Source of the DNA: the human T2T-CHM13v2.0 reference genome, Homo sapiens
Strand: one strand, 5' to 3'
Length of the DNA stretch: 64,000 nt
Assembly: GCF_009914755.1 (NCBI RefSeq)
Contig: NC_060928.1
Shown here: positions 1-13,977 of the stretch, one piece after another
How the letters are laid out: every line of letters starts with the position of its first letter
Position numbering within the stretch: the stretch's first letter is position 1
The notes under the pieces: generated by a model
Seen by the model: the letters and a program-made list of their open reading frames with translations, nothing else
Told to the model about the DNA's origin: nothing
Databases searched by the model: none
Program-made: the position numbers and the translations under genes

Positions 1-652
<652 letters not shown>

Positions 653-1014
653 AATTTATCTTTCAAATTAATTTTCAAAAAACAGAAATTTAAAGATTAA
701 TTTAAATATGATATTGCATCATATTTTTTGAATTAATAGAATATATTAATTGTAAAAAAGCTAGGATATATGCATAATCAAAGTGAAAAAAATCTGTAAT
801 TTCATGACCATGATAAAATACTGGCAACATTTTGGTAAAAAATATTTTTCTATATCATTCTATGTTTAAGTAAATAAATGTTTTTTCTATATAGTAATTT
901 GATTTTGATGCTTAGGTAATTTTGCAGCCTGCTATTCTTAATTTTAGCTTATTTAATTATCCATTCTTTTTTTCATTTTGTAAGGTTCAGTTAGGTTGCA
1001 AGGGCTAGGCATAG

Positions 1015-1550
1015 CATTTACTGAGTGCTAAACGTATGCCAGTCACTCTTTATCCAGCTGCAGATACAGCAGTGAATAAGAGAAACAGTTTCTGCCCTTG
1101 CCAAGTTTATTTTATCATAAGGAAGATTGGCAATAAACACATAAAGAGATAATGAAAAAATCAAATAGTAAAAGGAGTTATACAGCACACAATATGAAAT
1201 AAAGAATGTAATTTTCTATAGGATGGTGAGGAAAGACATTTCTGAAAGGGTGACTTTTAAGTAGAAACATAAATAAAATGTAGAAGCTATGGGGATATCG
1301 GAGTTATCTAACTATCCTAGGCAAAAGTATTCTAAATGAAGATAAGAGAAAATTCAAAGTTTCTGATGTTAGAATATGCTTGCCATATTCTACGTAAAGT
1401 AAGAAGACTGGTGTGGTAGGAACATTGTTTAGTTAGTTTGGAGAGGTGTCCAGAAACAAAACATGCTGATCTTTGTAACCTTAGGTAAATCTTTGAATCA
1501 TACTGTAAATTTGATGGAAATCTAGAGATAAGGTTTTGATATACCTTGAA
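1015..1550 (-). mobile_element. L2 (LINE-2) 3' relic
   Basis: catttactgagtgcta...gatacagcagtgaataagagaaacag resembles the antisense L2 3' end. Confidence 0.7.
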
Positions 1551-1642
1551 CGAAGCAAACCGTGTGTGACTATCCTATCACATCATCCTCTCTACCTGAA
1601 GAAATCTACCCTGAATCTTCATCTCCTTGTTTTTTCTCAAAA

Positions 1643-2400
1643 GCAGTGTCATCCAATAGAAACATAGTGAAAGTCAAATACATAATTTTGGGGGTAGCCA
1701 GAAAGAGCAAAAATTATTTTAAAATATATTTTATTAGTCCAATATGTGCAAAATATTATCACTTCAATATTTTAAAATATTAATGAAATATTCTATATTT
1801 TTTCAATTAGAGATTTTTTAAATTTAATTATCAAGCAATTAGCAAATCATGCCCTAACAATTTTTAAAACCGCACATTGCATATTAATTAAGCAATCCAA
1901 AGGGTCAGTCCTATTTTGTTTTACCTATATGATCTCTGTAATTATATAGTTCTGTCACTTAAAATACTGTTTGATTTTAGTTTTTAAATCTTAAAAATCT
2001 TTCATAGTAAATATATTATCTACGAAATTTCTGAGAATGTTGTTTTTCAGAATGTGGTAATACATATATATAACTATAATTGTGATTCTAAAGCTGGTTT
2101 TCTACAGCATTATATATGTACATGTAAAAAATTATATGATTTTGTGATAATAGAGTTCTCAAAATATTTATTTTAAAAGTGCATCTTAAGAGTAAATAAA
2201 AACATTTAATGTTTGTATTTTTGTACTTGTCATTTTAACTCTTTTTACACTACATACTCACCTCACTGGTACTTTAGCAGATAGTGAGCCATTGATATTG
2301 AATGTATAGTTTATAGTTATAGCACATCTCAATTCAGACTTGTCACATTTCATGTGCTCAAGAGTTTCATGTGGCTAGTGGCTATGATATTGGAGAGCTT
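1643..2400 (+). mobile_element. MER33/Charlie5-type hAT DNA transposon, with ~490 bp of other sequence between its two halves
   Basis: Left end gcagtgtcatccaatagaaacatagt; right end gcacatctcaattcagact...gtggctagtggctatgatattggagagc. The terminal inverted similarity is tccaata/tattgga. Confidence 0.7.
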
Positions 2401-3079
2401 GCCTTTATAGTCTTATTCAATATCGATGTATTTCTAAAAACAATACATTTTTTACATGTATGTTTTTGAGCTTTAGAAAAGTGGCAATATATTTTATGCC
2501 TTTTGAAAATTTAAAAGTTGTAGTTTCTTTATGAAGCAGTGTAGTGTTGACATCTTGCTGGAGTGAGAATATTTTATTTAAATGATAAAAATCAACAAAT
2601 GACAACTTGAGTGGCATTTGGTGAAATTTCATTGAAGTTTCACATGTAGTATGCAGATGTTCTTTGGATTCTATGCCTCTTAACGTTCACACATGTTATA
2701 TATTCTTTCTTACAGATATCAGCTATCTCCTAGTAAAAACATGAAAGATAATAAAGAGAAGCAAGAACCACAGAAGAAATTCTTTGTAGTAGTGTTAATG
2801 GCAGAGACAATAGTCCCCATATACTTCTTTCTAGGGCAGCTAGGACAGCAGTGTCATAGTCAACTTCGTTGTCCATCACAGGTGAATTTGGGGGTACCAT
2901 TGGTGGTATTTCAGGTTCTGCAATGGCAGCATCAGTACCTTCAGAGGACAGGTTCCAAGGGCAGAGTGAGACTGATCCAGCTGTGCATCAGTGAAACCTG
3001 GTCACGGTGCCATCCCAGTGGCTTTTTAAGTTATTAAATGTCCTCCTAACATTTTTCCCTACATATCTTAAAACAAGAC

Positions 3080-3680
3080 TTTAAAAAATTCTTTACATTG
3101 GCTAACTAAAGAAGATAATACAATTAACAAAACAGAACTATTGAAAACTATAAGGGAAATATAATGTTGAATATAATCAAAGCATTATAAGCTAAAATTA
3201 ATGGAAGCGTGATGGAACAAAATCAAGATAAGATAAAATGCAAAACTTAAAAGCTCAAAAATTATTGCATTAAATAAAGTAAAATAGTAAATGGCACTTA
3301 CCAATGAAGAGATATCCCTCTTTTCTGGTTTTGAGTTCTAACAAATAGTTTAAAATATTGAAACCTAATATAATAAATATTTTTCAAAAAAATAGAAGGG
3401 AGAAGAGTATTTAATTCTATAAGGCAAATAGAGACTTCTAGCAAAACCGGATGAAGTATAAGAAATAGGAAGGAGGTATTATTGTTAGATTTTATTTATT
3501 TTTAAAAATGTACACAAATGCAAATCTTCTGAATTATTTACCTAACTACTTTCAATGATAAATTTAAAAACAGTATGTCAGAATCAAGCAATTCATATTC
3601 TACTAGGTAATTGTAGTTCAAAAATCATTAATAAAATTAATACAGCATAATTCATTACAATGCTGGACAAAAATATATAT
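3080..3680 (+). mobile_element. Old L1M ORF2 relic
   Basis: A-rich, degenerate match to the ORF2 linker/RT region (aattctataaggcaaata...acaaatgcaaatcttctgaat). Confidence 0.5.
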
Positions 3681-4159
3681 ATACACACAATCTTATACAA
3701 TTGTGTATATAGATACAAATCTATCATTATTAATTTATTTTATACACACAAACACATATATATATTGTTAGCAAATCACTGTATTCTCTTTTTCTTTTTC
3801 CTTCAATCACTCTCCCTATGTCATCACCTTGATCTCTGTGGTCACCTCGCTACTTAACCATTTGTATCTAAGACTTTCTGACAGGTTCTGCTTTCAAGGG
3901 ATACCAAACTTAAAGAGTTGTTATTAGGAGAGGTTGAAGTAAGTAGACTCATGTAATTGAGATGAGGAGGAGAAGATCTCTCAATGGCTGCATGGCAAGA
4001 AGGATACAATGCTGATGGCAAGTAGATTGGTGGTAATCTCTGTCATATTATTGCATTTCAATAACTAAGAATTTCACCTTTAGTGAACTTGAACTAAGTA
4101 CAAATGAAAAGGAGGGACTGGAGTTATATAGGAATTGCAGCACATATTTCTTGAGATGT

Positions 4160-4338
4160 GGAGCATCCCCAAACTGGAAACATCAGCCATGCTGAGAAAT
4201 TTGTTCATATGCCATTTCTTAGATGTATTTTAGACCTACTAAATGAGAAACTGAGGTTCAGGGCCCAGAAATCTGTATTTTAATTAGTTTTTTAGGAGAC
4301 ACTGATGCTCACTAATTTTTGAGTATCAATGCTCTAGT
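4160..4338. mobile_element. MER5A hAT MITE
   Basis: agacctactaaatgagaaactgaggttcagggcccagaaatctgtattttaa...ctgatgctcactaa is the MER5A core. Confidence 0.8.
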
Positions 4339-6244
4339 ACTTAAATGATTTGGGAATGATAATGATCATAAAAATTGTCTAGTCAATGGCACTCATTAAA
4401 TGCCTTTTAAGTCTTAAAGAAACAGAATTATAGGCTCAGGGTAGCTATCTCTCACTCTGGATATGTTAGGAAAGCCAGTGTTATCTATGACTGGATTTAT
4501 ATGTCAAAGTCAATGCCCTGATTAGAAAAGAGTGTGTCCAGGGACCCAGATGAGGACATTTCAATGGATGCACATGAAAACCTTTAACACCAGATTGCCC
4601 TAACACCCCTGGGCCAGCATATGTCACCCTTTTTATTAGAAAGAGAAATCTTTGTCTAGAGACCATGCAAAAAACAAAACAAAACAAAACCTCGTTTTAT
4701 GAGGATACCTTGTAATGATTATCCTCCTCAGTATACTCCTTACCTCTCCTAATTGTTTTCACTGCATTAACAAAAGTGAGGTGACAGAATAGTCTAAGTT
4801 GGGTCAGATAGTCTTTTCTCTGGGAAGAAGTAATTTACTCATTATATTAATTGCAGTAATTAAATGTACAGATGAATAGTACATGTAAAAATGGATCTTG
4901 AGGGTATTGAACCCTCAAAGAGTAGAATACAAGACTTTATAGAGAAGAGGTTATTGAAATGTAAGCATGACATGGGAGTCACAATATTCTTGGAAGATGG
5001 TTCTTTGAAACCATGACATGTTAATATGCTAAAGAAATGAAATAAAACTCCCAAAACTGCCCTGCCGAGTATGACGAAGACTTTATAATGCACAGGTGTA
5101 TGGTATGGTTAAAACGAATTTATTGGAGAAACTCAGAGAATCTACAAACCAAGGATGTTTTCCAGGTTAGCTAAGAGGGCATTAACTTTATTATTATAAA
5201 AAGGAATGTACTTGTAAGGTTGCACTACCATATATGATTAGCTAAATGGTTAATTTTCTCAGAAGGGCAACTTTAACATTAATAGCCATGTAACTGGGCT
5301 TTTCCATGTTAATGGGAAGGAGATGATTCTTGAATAACAAAGGTCAGATATTGACATGTAACCCTCAAATGCAAGGCAAAAATAATTAGTTAAATGTACA
5401 ATAAATACTAAGTTGCAGCCAAAGTCTCTATATTTACAGGGATCTATATTTACAGGAACCTATAGTAGTAGCTAATAAACCACAGTGTTCCCAAGAGTGA
5501 GATAAGTAGCAAGTGACCTAGTTGCTACTAAACTCTTATAACAAGAAAACCAAATGAAGTAAAAATCTGTTGAGTAGAAGGCTCATATCAGGTGTCAAAT
5601 GGCAAATCGTGATTTAACACCCTGTTTACATATCTGAGCACTTCTTAAATCCAGAGTCTATAGACATGAAGGCTGGATTTCCCTAAAATGACCCTGAAAC
5701 AGCACTGCAAATATGGGAGTAAATATTTCCTCAATTCTTCCTAAGGGTTTGTGGTCATTTACATGGTAGTGGAGAGAGAAAACAACTAAACCTTTTCAGC
5801 GTTGTCCAACAGAAGCTCTGAGATGAAACTGATACCTGAAAAAAGGAATGGGCTTCTTTGTAGGCAGGAGGCATATGGAAACCAGGTGATAAATAGAGTC
5901 TTGGGTTACCTCTGTCTTTTAGTAAATAAAACACCCACAAGCTCATACTTTTTTCAATATATAATTAGAATAGGTACATCTAGTAATTTATAACTCTCAC
6001 TTTGGTCCACTGACCTTTAATTTAAGAGACATTAATGAACAGAAGGGTGAAGCTGAGAGCCTTTAAAACTGAAAACCTCTATCCTCTTTACCTCTAAAGA
6101 TGAGGATAAAAGAGTAGTGGTGCTCATTGTTTCCTCATTTATTTCAGATCTCTACTCCCATTCAAAGTGGTAAATTACTCCAGAAAACTTAACCAAATCG
6201 TTGTCCCAATTATAGGTTGACTAAGCAGTAGTTCCCATGACAAC

Positions 6245-6480
6245 TTGTATGGTGTCTGCACTGGGGGGAAAAATACAGTCTCTGAAATTTTTTATGAGGT
6301 TATTGATCTAGAAAATGCATTAGTTGCAATCCCTGTCATTGGAGAAAATAAAATTCAGTCCCTATGCACATACGAACAGCAGTTCACATTAAATATTTTA
6401 CACCAGAGTTATGTTAACTGTCTTGCTCTGTTGCAATACATCTTGAAAGGACCTTGATCATCTTGACATTCCATGTAATT
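6245..6480 (+). pseudogene. ERVL reverse transcriptase remnant
   Basis: FYEVIDLENALVAIPV...QQFTLNILHQSYVNCLAL aligns with the ERVL RT motif WYAAIDLANAFFSIP...QQYTFTVLPQGYINSPAL. It is flanked by stops. Confidence 0.85.
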
Positions 6481-6796
6481 CACAGTCATCCACTGTAATG
6501 CTCCACAATATCATTCTAATTATACCTAAAGAACAGGAATTAACAAGTACACTAGATGCCCTAACAAGAAATACGCATGCCAGGAAATAAAAGATAGACC
6601 CCACAAAGGTTCAGCCTGCCCATGCTGAAATGTGTAAGACTTCAGTAATTAGAGATATTAATTAGAAGTGCTAAGAATTTCTCTTCAAGGCAAAGGGCAA
6701 CATTACTGAATGTTGCCTTTTCTATCACTGAGAATGAGGCAGAATTATGGTACTCCTCTTTAGTATTTGGAGACAACATGTACTATATCAGAAAGC

Positions 6797-6875
6797 TACC
6801 ATAATTAATTTTAAATGTCAATTTGACTGGACCACAGGGTGCCCTGATATTTGGTTAAACATTATTTCTGTGTAT
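6797..6875 (+). mobile_element. MLT2-type LTR 5' fragment
   Basis: aattttaaatgtcaatttgactggaccacagggtgccctgatatttggttaaacattatttctg matches the MLT2D/E start. Confidence 0.7.
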
Positions 6876-7269
6876 ATATTTATATTCAGGGCTATCAAGT
6901 AGTTATTATAATGTACTTCATTTTACAGATGAAGAAATGGGACTTTGTAATTTCAAACTAAGCTCCAGAGTTGTGCTCATAAATCATTACACTGTGCTAC
7001 TTCTGTTTGTATACTTCATATTATATTTTGGTGTACAAGCAATATATATTTCTTACACATGCATATGTGCATGGGAACAATTCCATAAGAATATACACTA
7101 ACTTGTTAGGAAAAACTATCTCTGACAAATGGGATCCAGGTTGTGCTGGTATTATTTCAATAATCATTCCTGGGAAGAAATTTTATTATTTAGAATAAAA
7201 TATTCATTATATTACATTTAATTATAATAAAATCACTCAAAAAAAAAAGCTACAGTAAACATTATAACA

Positions 7270-7444
7270 CCAGCCTGGGAACCATAGCGAGACCCCAGTC
7301 TCTAAAAAAATTCAAAAAATCAGCCATGCATGGTGGCATGTGCCTGTAGTTCCAGACACTCAGGAAGTTGAGGTAGGAGGATCACTTGAGCCCAGGAGTT
7401 TGAGACTGTAGTGAGCTATGATTGCACCACTGCGCTTCGGCCTG
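7270..7444 (+). mobile_element. AluJ partial
   Basis: ggaggatcacttgagcccaggagtttgagactgtagtgagctatgattgcaccactg carries AluJ diagnostics. Confidence 0.9.
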
Positions 7445-8029
7445 CAATCTCTTATACATAAATGCATACATACACACACACACACGCACACATAAAATAA
7501 TTTTTCAAATCAGCAAATGTAAAAGTGTAATCAACAATTCAAGAGAAAACAATTATGTAAGAAAGGTTACCTAAGAAACACAGAACATTAAGTAAATTAC
7601 TTATAAATAATATTTAACTACTTATAATGGCATACATAGTGAAAAGTAATATTATAAAAATATATCTATAACAATATTGGATCCATAGGTGAGAAGAATA
7701 TGTTTATGTGTATGTGTGTAGAGAGACAGAAACTTGTAAGAGGTTTAAATATTCATGTTTCATCATTGGTAGTGAGGAGAAAATCTTACATGGAAATATC
7801 AAAAAAAAGAAAAATAACCTCATTAAATTCTGAAGAATGTCTATAGTTTCAAAATCCAAAAGCTTGTTGGGAGCTACAATCTGTATTATTAAGGTTATTA
7901 AGGATGTATTATAGTACTAGCAGTTGTTCTATTTGTCTATGGAATGTACATAAGACATGGATTTCTTCTCATGAGAACATGTATGGCTACACCTACTACT
8001 GAGTGGTTCATTTTCAATATTTGATATCA

Positions 8030-8420
8030 AACGTGAGCCCAGATATGGCTTCATTTCTTAGGTGGATCAGCCAGATATTAGGTAACAAGTTGATTACATT
8101 GGGTCAATTCCGTCATGGAAAGGGGTAGCATTTTTCTTCATACTAATAGGCACTTATTTTGAATATTGAAATATCTTTCCTATTCATAAATCTTCCAACA
8201 AAACCATCATATTTAATGTCTTATTCTTCATCATGGTGTGGAAAATTTTCCATAGCATTACTTCCTGCTAAAGAACTCATTTTATAGAAAGCATGGAAAT
8301 GGCCTCATACTTATGAACGTTTCTTGTTTTACCATATTTCCTTCACACTGAAACAGCTGCCCTGATGAAACAACTGAAGGGCCTTTTAGAGATGCCCTTA
8401 AGCCATCAGCTAGAAACACC
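8030..8420 (+). pseudogene. ERVL integrase remnant
   Basis: gagcccagatatggc...gatcagccag...caagttgattacattggg...tcatggaaagggg corresponds to SPRYG...DQPA...QVDYIGPLPSWKG. Confidence 0.8.
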
Positions 8421-8504
8421 TTGTGTGGCTGCAGTATAGCCTCATAACAGGGTATATATAGATATTCTCTAAATCATAGACCTATATACAGTCATGTGTT
8501 TTCT

Positions 8505-8826
8505 TTGTTTTTTTTTTGTTTGTTTGTTTGTTTGTTTTCTTTTTGAGACGGAGTCTTGCTCTGTTGCCCAGGCTGGAATGCAATGACTCGGTCTTGGCTC
8601 ACTGCAACCTCCGCCTCCTGGGTTCATGCCATTCTCCTGCCTCAGCCTCCTGAGTAGCTGGAACTACAGGCACACCCCACCACGCCTGGCTAATTTTTGC
8701 ATCTTTAGTAGAGATGGGGTTTCACCATGTTGGTCAGGCTGGTCTCGAACTCCTGACCTCAAGTGATTCACCCACCTCGGCCTCCCAAAGTGCTGGGATT
8801 ACAGGCGTGAGCCACGGTGCCCAGCC
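8505..8826 (-). mobile_element. AluS (Sx/Sz-like)
   Basis: Full dimer with a (TTTG)n tail and a 16-bp TSD cagtcatgtgttttct at 8489-8504 and 8827-8842. Confidence 0.95.
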
Positions 8827-9663
8827 CAGTCATGTGTTTTCTATATTTAGAATTCCTAAGTCTGGAATTAAGGGGTGGAGTTATAGGTACATCAGCTAAT
8901 TCTTTCTGCTATTATTACTCAAGATAATTTATTAGTGGAATATTTGTTTTCAGTCACCCCAGTTTTGGGCCTGGTTGGTCTAGAGACCTTGGTTCTCAAT
9001 GTGTCACCAGGAGACATAGCATCTGTTCTATTAAAATGACAGTTCGGACTATTGTCTGTCTACATCAGCTCCTCATGTCAGTGAACTAACAAACAATAGG
9101 GTTACTTACTGATTAGGGCTATTTATCTTAATAATCAAGGTAAAATTGGGTTGCTGTTACATAATGAAGATGAGGAATAGGATATCTGTAATGCATGGAC
9201 TCTCCCAGGCAACCTTTCAGTTTAGCCATGTACTTTGATAAAATTCAATGTAAAACTAAAAAAATCCAATGTGGGTAGGAGAGTTTAGGACCTGATCATT
9301 TTTTTTTTTTAAAAAAGGAGCAAATTACAAGACAGTAAATTACCACTTTTCTAAATTTTTGCTGAGAAAATAAAGGGACTATGGAAGAGGTTGTGGAAGT
9401 TATAAATACTAGCTATGCCCGTGTAACCCATGGCCAAAACAAAGACTTTAATAAAGTATTTCTTTCTTATCTTGGTATAAATATGTGTTTATATGTCAAC
9501 AAATTATTTTCTCCTTCACCATTCCTATGTAATCTAATACAATGTAATAGTGGTCTAACTTACATTTCAGTATTTAAGTTGCAGAATGTCAAAGGATGTT
9601 TATGACCCAGTTAGAAGAATAATGGCCATCACTCAAAGATAAATGGATAGGTTGATGGATAAG

Positions 9664-10229
9664 ATAGAGGTAATATATGACATATATTTTAGAGAACGGG
9701 TTATATTTTAAGTTGTATGAAAGATAGTTGCATTATGTTAAGTGAAAGCATGCTTTTGCTTCTGATTTTTTAAAAAAAGTTAAATACATTTAAAAGAAGT
9801 ATACATGGATACTAAGTTGACAGAGGATACATTTTGGTGATTCTGTAGTGTCAACATAGGAATGCGGAAAGAAGTTTCTTAGAGTTTCCTTTCTGCCAGA
9901 TTACAGGCTGAATTTCCCTTCTGCATGATTACAGGTTAGGTTGCATATGTAAAATAGAGGTAATATATGATATACATTTTAGAAAGAGAGTTATATTTTA
10001 AGTTGCATGAAAGATAGTTACATCATGTTAAGTGAAAGCATAGTTTTGCTTCTGACTTATTAAAAAAGTTGAACACATTTAGAAGAATATACATGGACTA
10101 AGTTGACAAAGGATAAATTTTGGTGATTTTGTAGTGTCAACTTAGCAATGTGGAAAGAAGTTTCTCAGAATTTCCATTCTGCAAAATTACAGGCTGAATT
10201 TCCTTTCTGCGTGATTACAGGCTAGGTTG
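9664..10229. repeat. Diverged tandem duplication, period 290 bp
   Basis: atagaggtaatatatga...ttacagg(t/c)taggttg occurs starting at 9664 and again at 9954. Confidence 0.95.
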
Positions 10230-10750
10230 GGGGCAAGTGGTATGTCAGTGCTATTTTGAAAGGTGGAACTGAAGCAGCAGTCATTTTACTCTCAGAGTTG
10301 GTGTAGAGCATCAGGTGCAATTGCAGATGACTCAGGGCACTGATATGCTGGCATATCTTGTTGGTTTGGGGCAGCAGCCAGACCTACAGCTCTTCCAGCT
10401 CCCTTAGATTTTCTCATTAAGCTTCTTCAAGTTCTGATTCAGGTAAATGTGTAGCTCTATGGTGAAAGGTGCCAGTTTCTTCTGGAGGTAATGTGCATTA
10501 ATTAGGTTGGAGTTGTTGAATGTTAAATGTAGATTTTATTTTGTCCTGTATGTTTCAGTTTGTTCTTTTGGGATCCAATTCGTCCTCAGAGGTTTCAGTT
10601 TGTAGACACTCTCTTTTGATTCATGCCTGTCTTTGCTTCCCAACTGCTGCTCCTGGGGACCTAGCATTTTTACTCACCACCAGAGTCAGAAAATAATTAT
10701 CTATACATTGCTTATCCAACTCCACAATTGAGTCAGATCTAAATCTAAAG
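10120..10750 (+). mobile_element. ERVL LTR (LTR41/LTR52-like)
   Basis: tggtgattttgtagtgtcaacttagc...tttctcagaatttcc follows a PPT-like gttgacaaaggataaa. Confidence 0.55.
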
Positions 10751-10764
10751 AATCTGCCAGGGTG

Positions 10765-11230
10765 TTACCACCCAGATCCAAACCATCATTTCTTACTTGA
10801 ATTGTTGTAGTCTCCTAATTTTTGTCCCTGCTTCTATTGTTTGCTCTTTTAATGTTTATTAATAAAATAATGTATGTGATGTAGTTAAAATGAAAATCAG
10901 ATTATATCACTTCTCTATTAAAAGTATTGCAATAGAATCTCATTTTACAAATGTATGTTTCCTTTAACAATCGTTAAGTTTCTTTGAGACAAAATTTAAA
11001 AAAAATTTTGTCTTATTATTTTCCCCATAACGTATTCACTCTGTTCACTTTGGGCACATTAATTTTCTTACAGTTTATCATGCATGCTCCCAACTGTACC
11101 ATACCATCTTTGCTCAAACATTATCTTTTCAGTGAGTACTACTCAGACCACTTAATATCACAACCTGTCTTTATCTTGTTCAATGATCAATACATAAAAT
11201 CACTTTTCTCCAGATTTTGTATTAACCTTT
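10765..11230 (+). mobile_element. L2 relic
   Basis: tccaaaccatcatttcttacttgaattgttgtagtctcctaa...aaaatcagattatatcacttctcta resembles L2 ORF2/3' sequence. Confidence 0.65.
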
Positions 11231-11240
11231 AATATTGTTA

Positions 11241-11573
11241 CAGCTTGAGTATCTCTTATTCAAAGTGCTTGGAACCAGAGGATTTTGGCCTATTTGCATA
11301 ACATAATGAGATATCTTCAGGTTGGAACCCAAGTCTAAACATAAAATTTATGTTTTATATAAACCTTATACACATAGGCTGAAAGTAATTTTATGCAATA
11401 TTTTAAATAAATTTGTTCATGAAACAAAGTTTTAACTGTATATTGACTATAACTTGCCACTTCAGATTTGGTATGGAACCTTCCACCTTGCCAATGTCAT
11501 GCTGGCATTCTAAAAGTTCTGAATGTTGGAGCACTTTAGATTTCAGATTTTTAGATTCGAAATCCTCAATCTG
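11241..11573. mobile_element. Tigger4b/MER46-type Tc1-mariner MITE
   Basis: TIRs cagcttgagtat...atcctcaatctg are flanked by TA on both sides. Confidence 0.85.
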
Positions 11574-11736
11574 TATAATGTTACAAATGTCAGTAATCTC
11601 ATAAATATCTGATATTTTCTTCATTTATATCTTTATCATATGTCATCTATGTAAAGAAACATCTTTTAGTGGGGAATATAATTAATTAAACTGAGAAAAA
11701 GTCTCAGTGAATTGTTACATTATTTATTTTGGTCTC

Positions 11737-12202
11737 TGTATTAGTTACCTAGGGCTTCCATAACAAAGAATCATAAACTGGGTATCTTAGAGTAAAATTT
11801 TTTTTGTCTAACAGCTGTGGATGCTAGACGTCCAAAATCGTGGTTTTAGAAAAATGATGTTCCCTCTGAAAACTGAAGGGCAACCATTTTTTGACTCTTC
11901 CTAGCTTCTGTTGGTTTTCTAGCAATATTTACTGTTTCTTGGGTTATAGAGGCATCCCTCCAATCCTTGGCATGACATTCTCCCTGTGTTCTCTCACATT
12001 GTCTTTTTCTGCGGATGTCTATGTCCAAATTTCCCCCTTTTATAAAGACACAAGTTATATTGGACTAAGGCACAACTTAATTACCTTCTTTTAACTTGAA
12101 TGCCTCAATAAAGAACTATTTCCAAATAATGTCACAATCTTAAATACTGAGGAGTTACATATTTAACATATTATCTTGGGGTACAAAATGCAACCCATAA
12201 TA
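11737..12202 (-). mobile_element. MLT1C-like MaLR solo LTR
   Basis: tgtattagttacctagggcttccataacaaag...gtccaaatttcccccttttataaagacac...caacccataa. Confidence 0.85.
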
Positions 12203-12294
12203 GTGTCCATGTTAATTGATCATGTTTAACTCCAAAAGTACATACAAAATGTGTTTTTAAAAAGAGAGAGTGAGAAAGAAAAAACCTATTCTAC

Positions 12295-12762
12295 TTTAGT
12301 AGATATAATACCTACTGGAATGCATCAACCAGATCCCTCTTCAAGCCTTATTGCTTCAGCTACTGAGTGTTACCTGCAGATAGCTAGCACTTTGCTCTCA
12401 GCCTTCTTGCAGGATTGCTTTAGGTAAAGGGAGTTGTCTCATCTAAGATCACACTCCCTTACAAGAACAGCTCAAAACTAGTGACTAACTTTGATACAAG
12501 GGTTTAAATGCCCAATCCTTTTGTTAAAACTCAGAATAATTCAAATTTACAGAACTTCCTATGGGGCTATGTGAGACCTTCATTGAAAGTGCATTTTAGC
12601 CCAAGTTCTCTATTGGCCTAATATAGCTTTATAACCTCCCCTTCAGTAAGTAAAGATCCTGAGAGCATTTCTTATATTTTCTACATGCTGCTAATCTCCA
12701 TCTCAGGTGCTACTTCAAAGGGATTTTTAGAATCTACTTCCTGAGGAATTCAACATATGGCA
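12295..12762 (+). mobile_element. LTR16-type ERVL 5' LTR
   Basis: Start ccagatccctcttcaag; end ctaatctccatctcag...ctacttcctgaggaattcaac. It is colinear with the interrupted LTR starting at 17017. Confidence 0.7.
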
Positions 12763-13977
12763 TCTATTATCAGTATTGGTGTGAGAAAGCAGACACTAAC
12801 ATAAGTTTTTGGATAAACTGCTATTTAGCTGGAAATGATCACTAGTACAAGGCACTAGTACAATCACTAGTACAAGGAAAAGCAAAGGAAGCTCCTGGCA
12901 ATAGGTAATGGTGCCATTTTAACATTTTCTGTGGTGGTACACTGGAGTGATATGCCAGTAGAAGGAAATTAACTAGTAGGTACAAAATATAAAATCTTGT
13001 GGGTTTTTTTTTGTTTTTTTGTTTGTTTGTTTGTTTTTTAGAATAAGAGAGAATTAGTAACTATGAGGAATTTGGAATTGAGTTGATGTTCCTAATCATA
13101 ATTTATGCTTTAAAACATAAAAGAATGAGAGTGATTAACAAACAACTCCTTACATAAAAGTCAGAGGCCTTCTTGTTTAGTATAGAAAAAGACTCAAATT
13201 CTGTAGCCAGAAGGAAGAAAAAGCTGAGGACTTGTAAGTTATTAGAGTAGCAGAGTTTCAAAGAAAGTTACTCTATCAAATTACGTAGATCAGCTATCTC
13301 AAGATCAGGTCCCTAGCTGGGCCAGAATGGGTTTGTGACACACGGGATGCAAATAATTGGGCTGATGTGCCCCATAACCATGCATTTCCAGATTTTCCTC
13401 AACTCTCTGAGCCTGCAGTAGGGTCTCATGTCTCCCCATTAGGAGCTGGTACCTCTCAATTTCTGTCAACCCTTAGTTATCAGAAGCCAAGTAAACAAAA
13501 TCATTATAATTTGGGACAAGGTTGAAGTGAAGGACAGGCCCAAAGAGCAGATGAAAATGTTTAATGGATCACGTCTTCCCTAAGGGCAAATTAGATGGAC
13601 AGTCATTCAAGGTAATATTCCATTTATATAATCAAATATAGACAATCAGAAGATTGAAGGCACTAGCTTTAAAAAATGTCATAATTCCTTGCTATTTTCC
13701 AAGTTTGTTAGAATTCATATTTAGAACACACTGAATAAAGGAGAGTCTAGGTCTCCAGGAGGAAAAACTGCAATACCATGTCTTCTGTACATGGTAATGA
13801 TTATTCTTCAAAGATACCTAAAGTATGTATTCAATTAAATGTATGAGAGAGGAAAGGGTCATGTATATTGAGGACTATTAGACACAAATTTCAAGTTGAC
13901 ACTGATATGCAGGACACCAGGATCTCACAGTGAGTCCCTGTTGTAGTGGGATATATGGGATATACAGATATATGAGC

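Larger units (their letters stand above)
3770..9830 (+). mobile_element. Decayed ERVL provirus: LTR16/LTR33-type LTR end at ~3915, then gag-pol-IN internal sequence interrupted by younger repeats
   Basis: LTR end gttctgctttcaagggataccaaacttaaaga, RT remnant at 6245-6480, integrase remnant at ~8030-8420, and a PPT-like gttgacagaggatac before the 3' LTR. Confidence 0.75.

Noticed and set aside
2717-2935. Protein-like minus-strand frame (EPEIPPMVPPNSPVMDNEVDYD...)
   Set aside because: Short, bounded by stops, no recognisable homologue, and no poly(A)/TSD seen to support a retrocopy.
12838-12876. Three copies of cactagtacaa, and other short direct repeats (5429-5460, 28896-28929, 57470-57519)
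   Set aside because: Adjacent slippage duplications without unique spacers; not CRISPR-like, and the context is eukaryotic.
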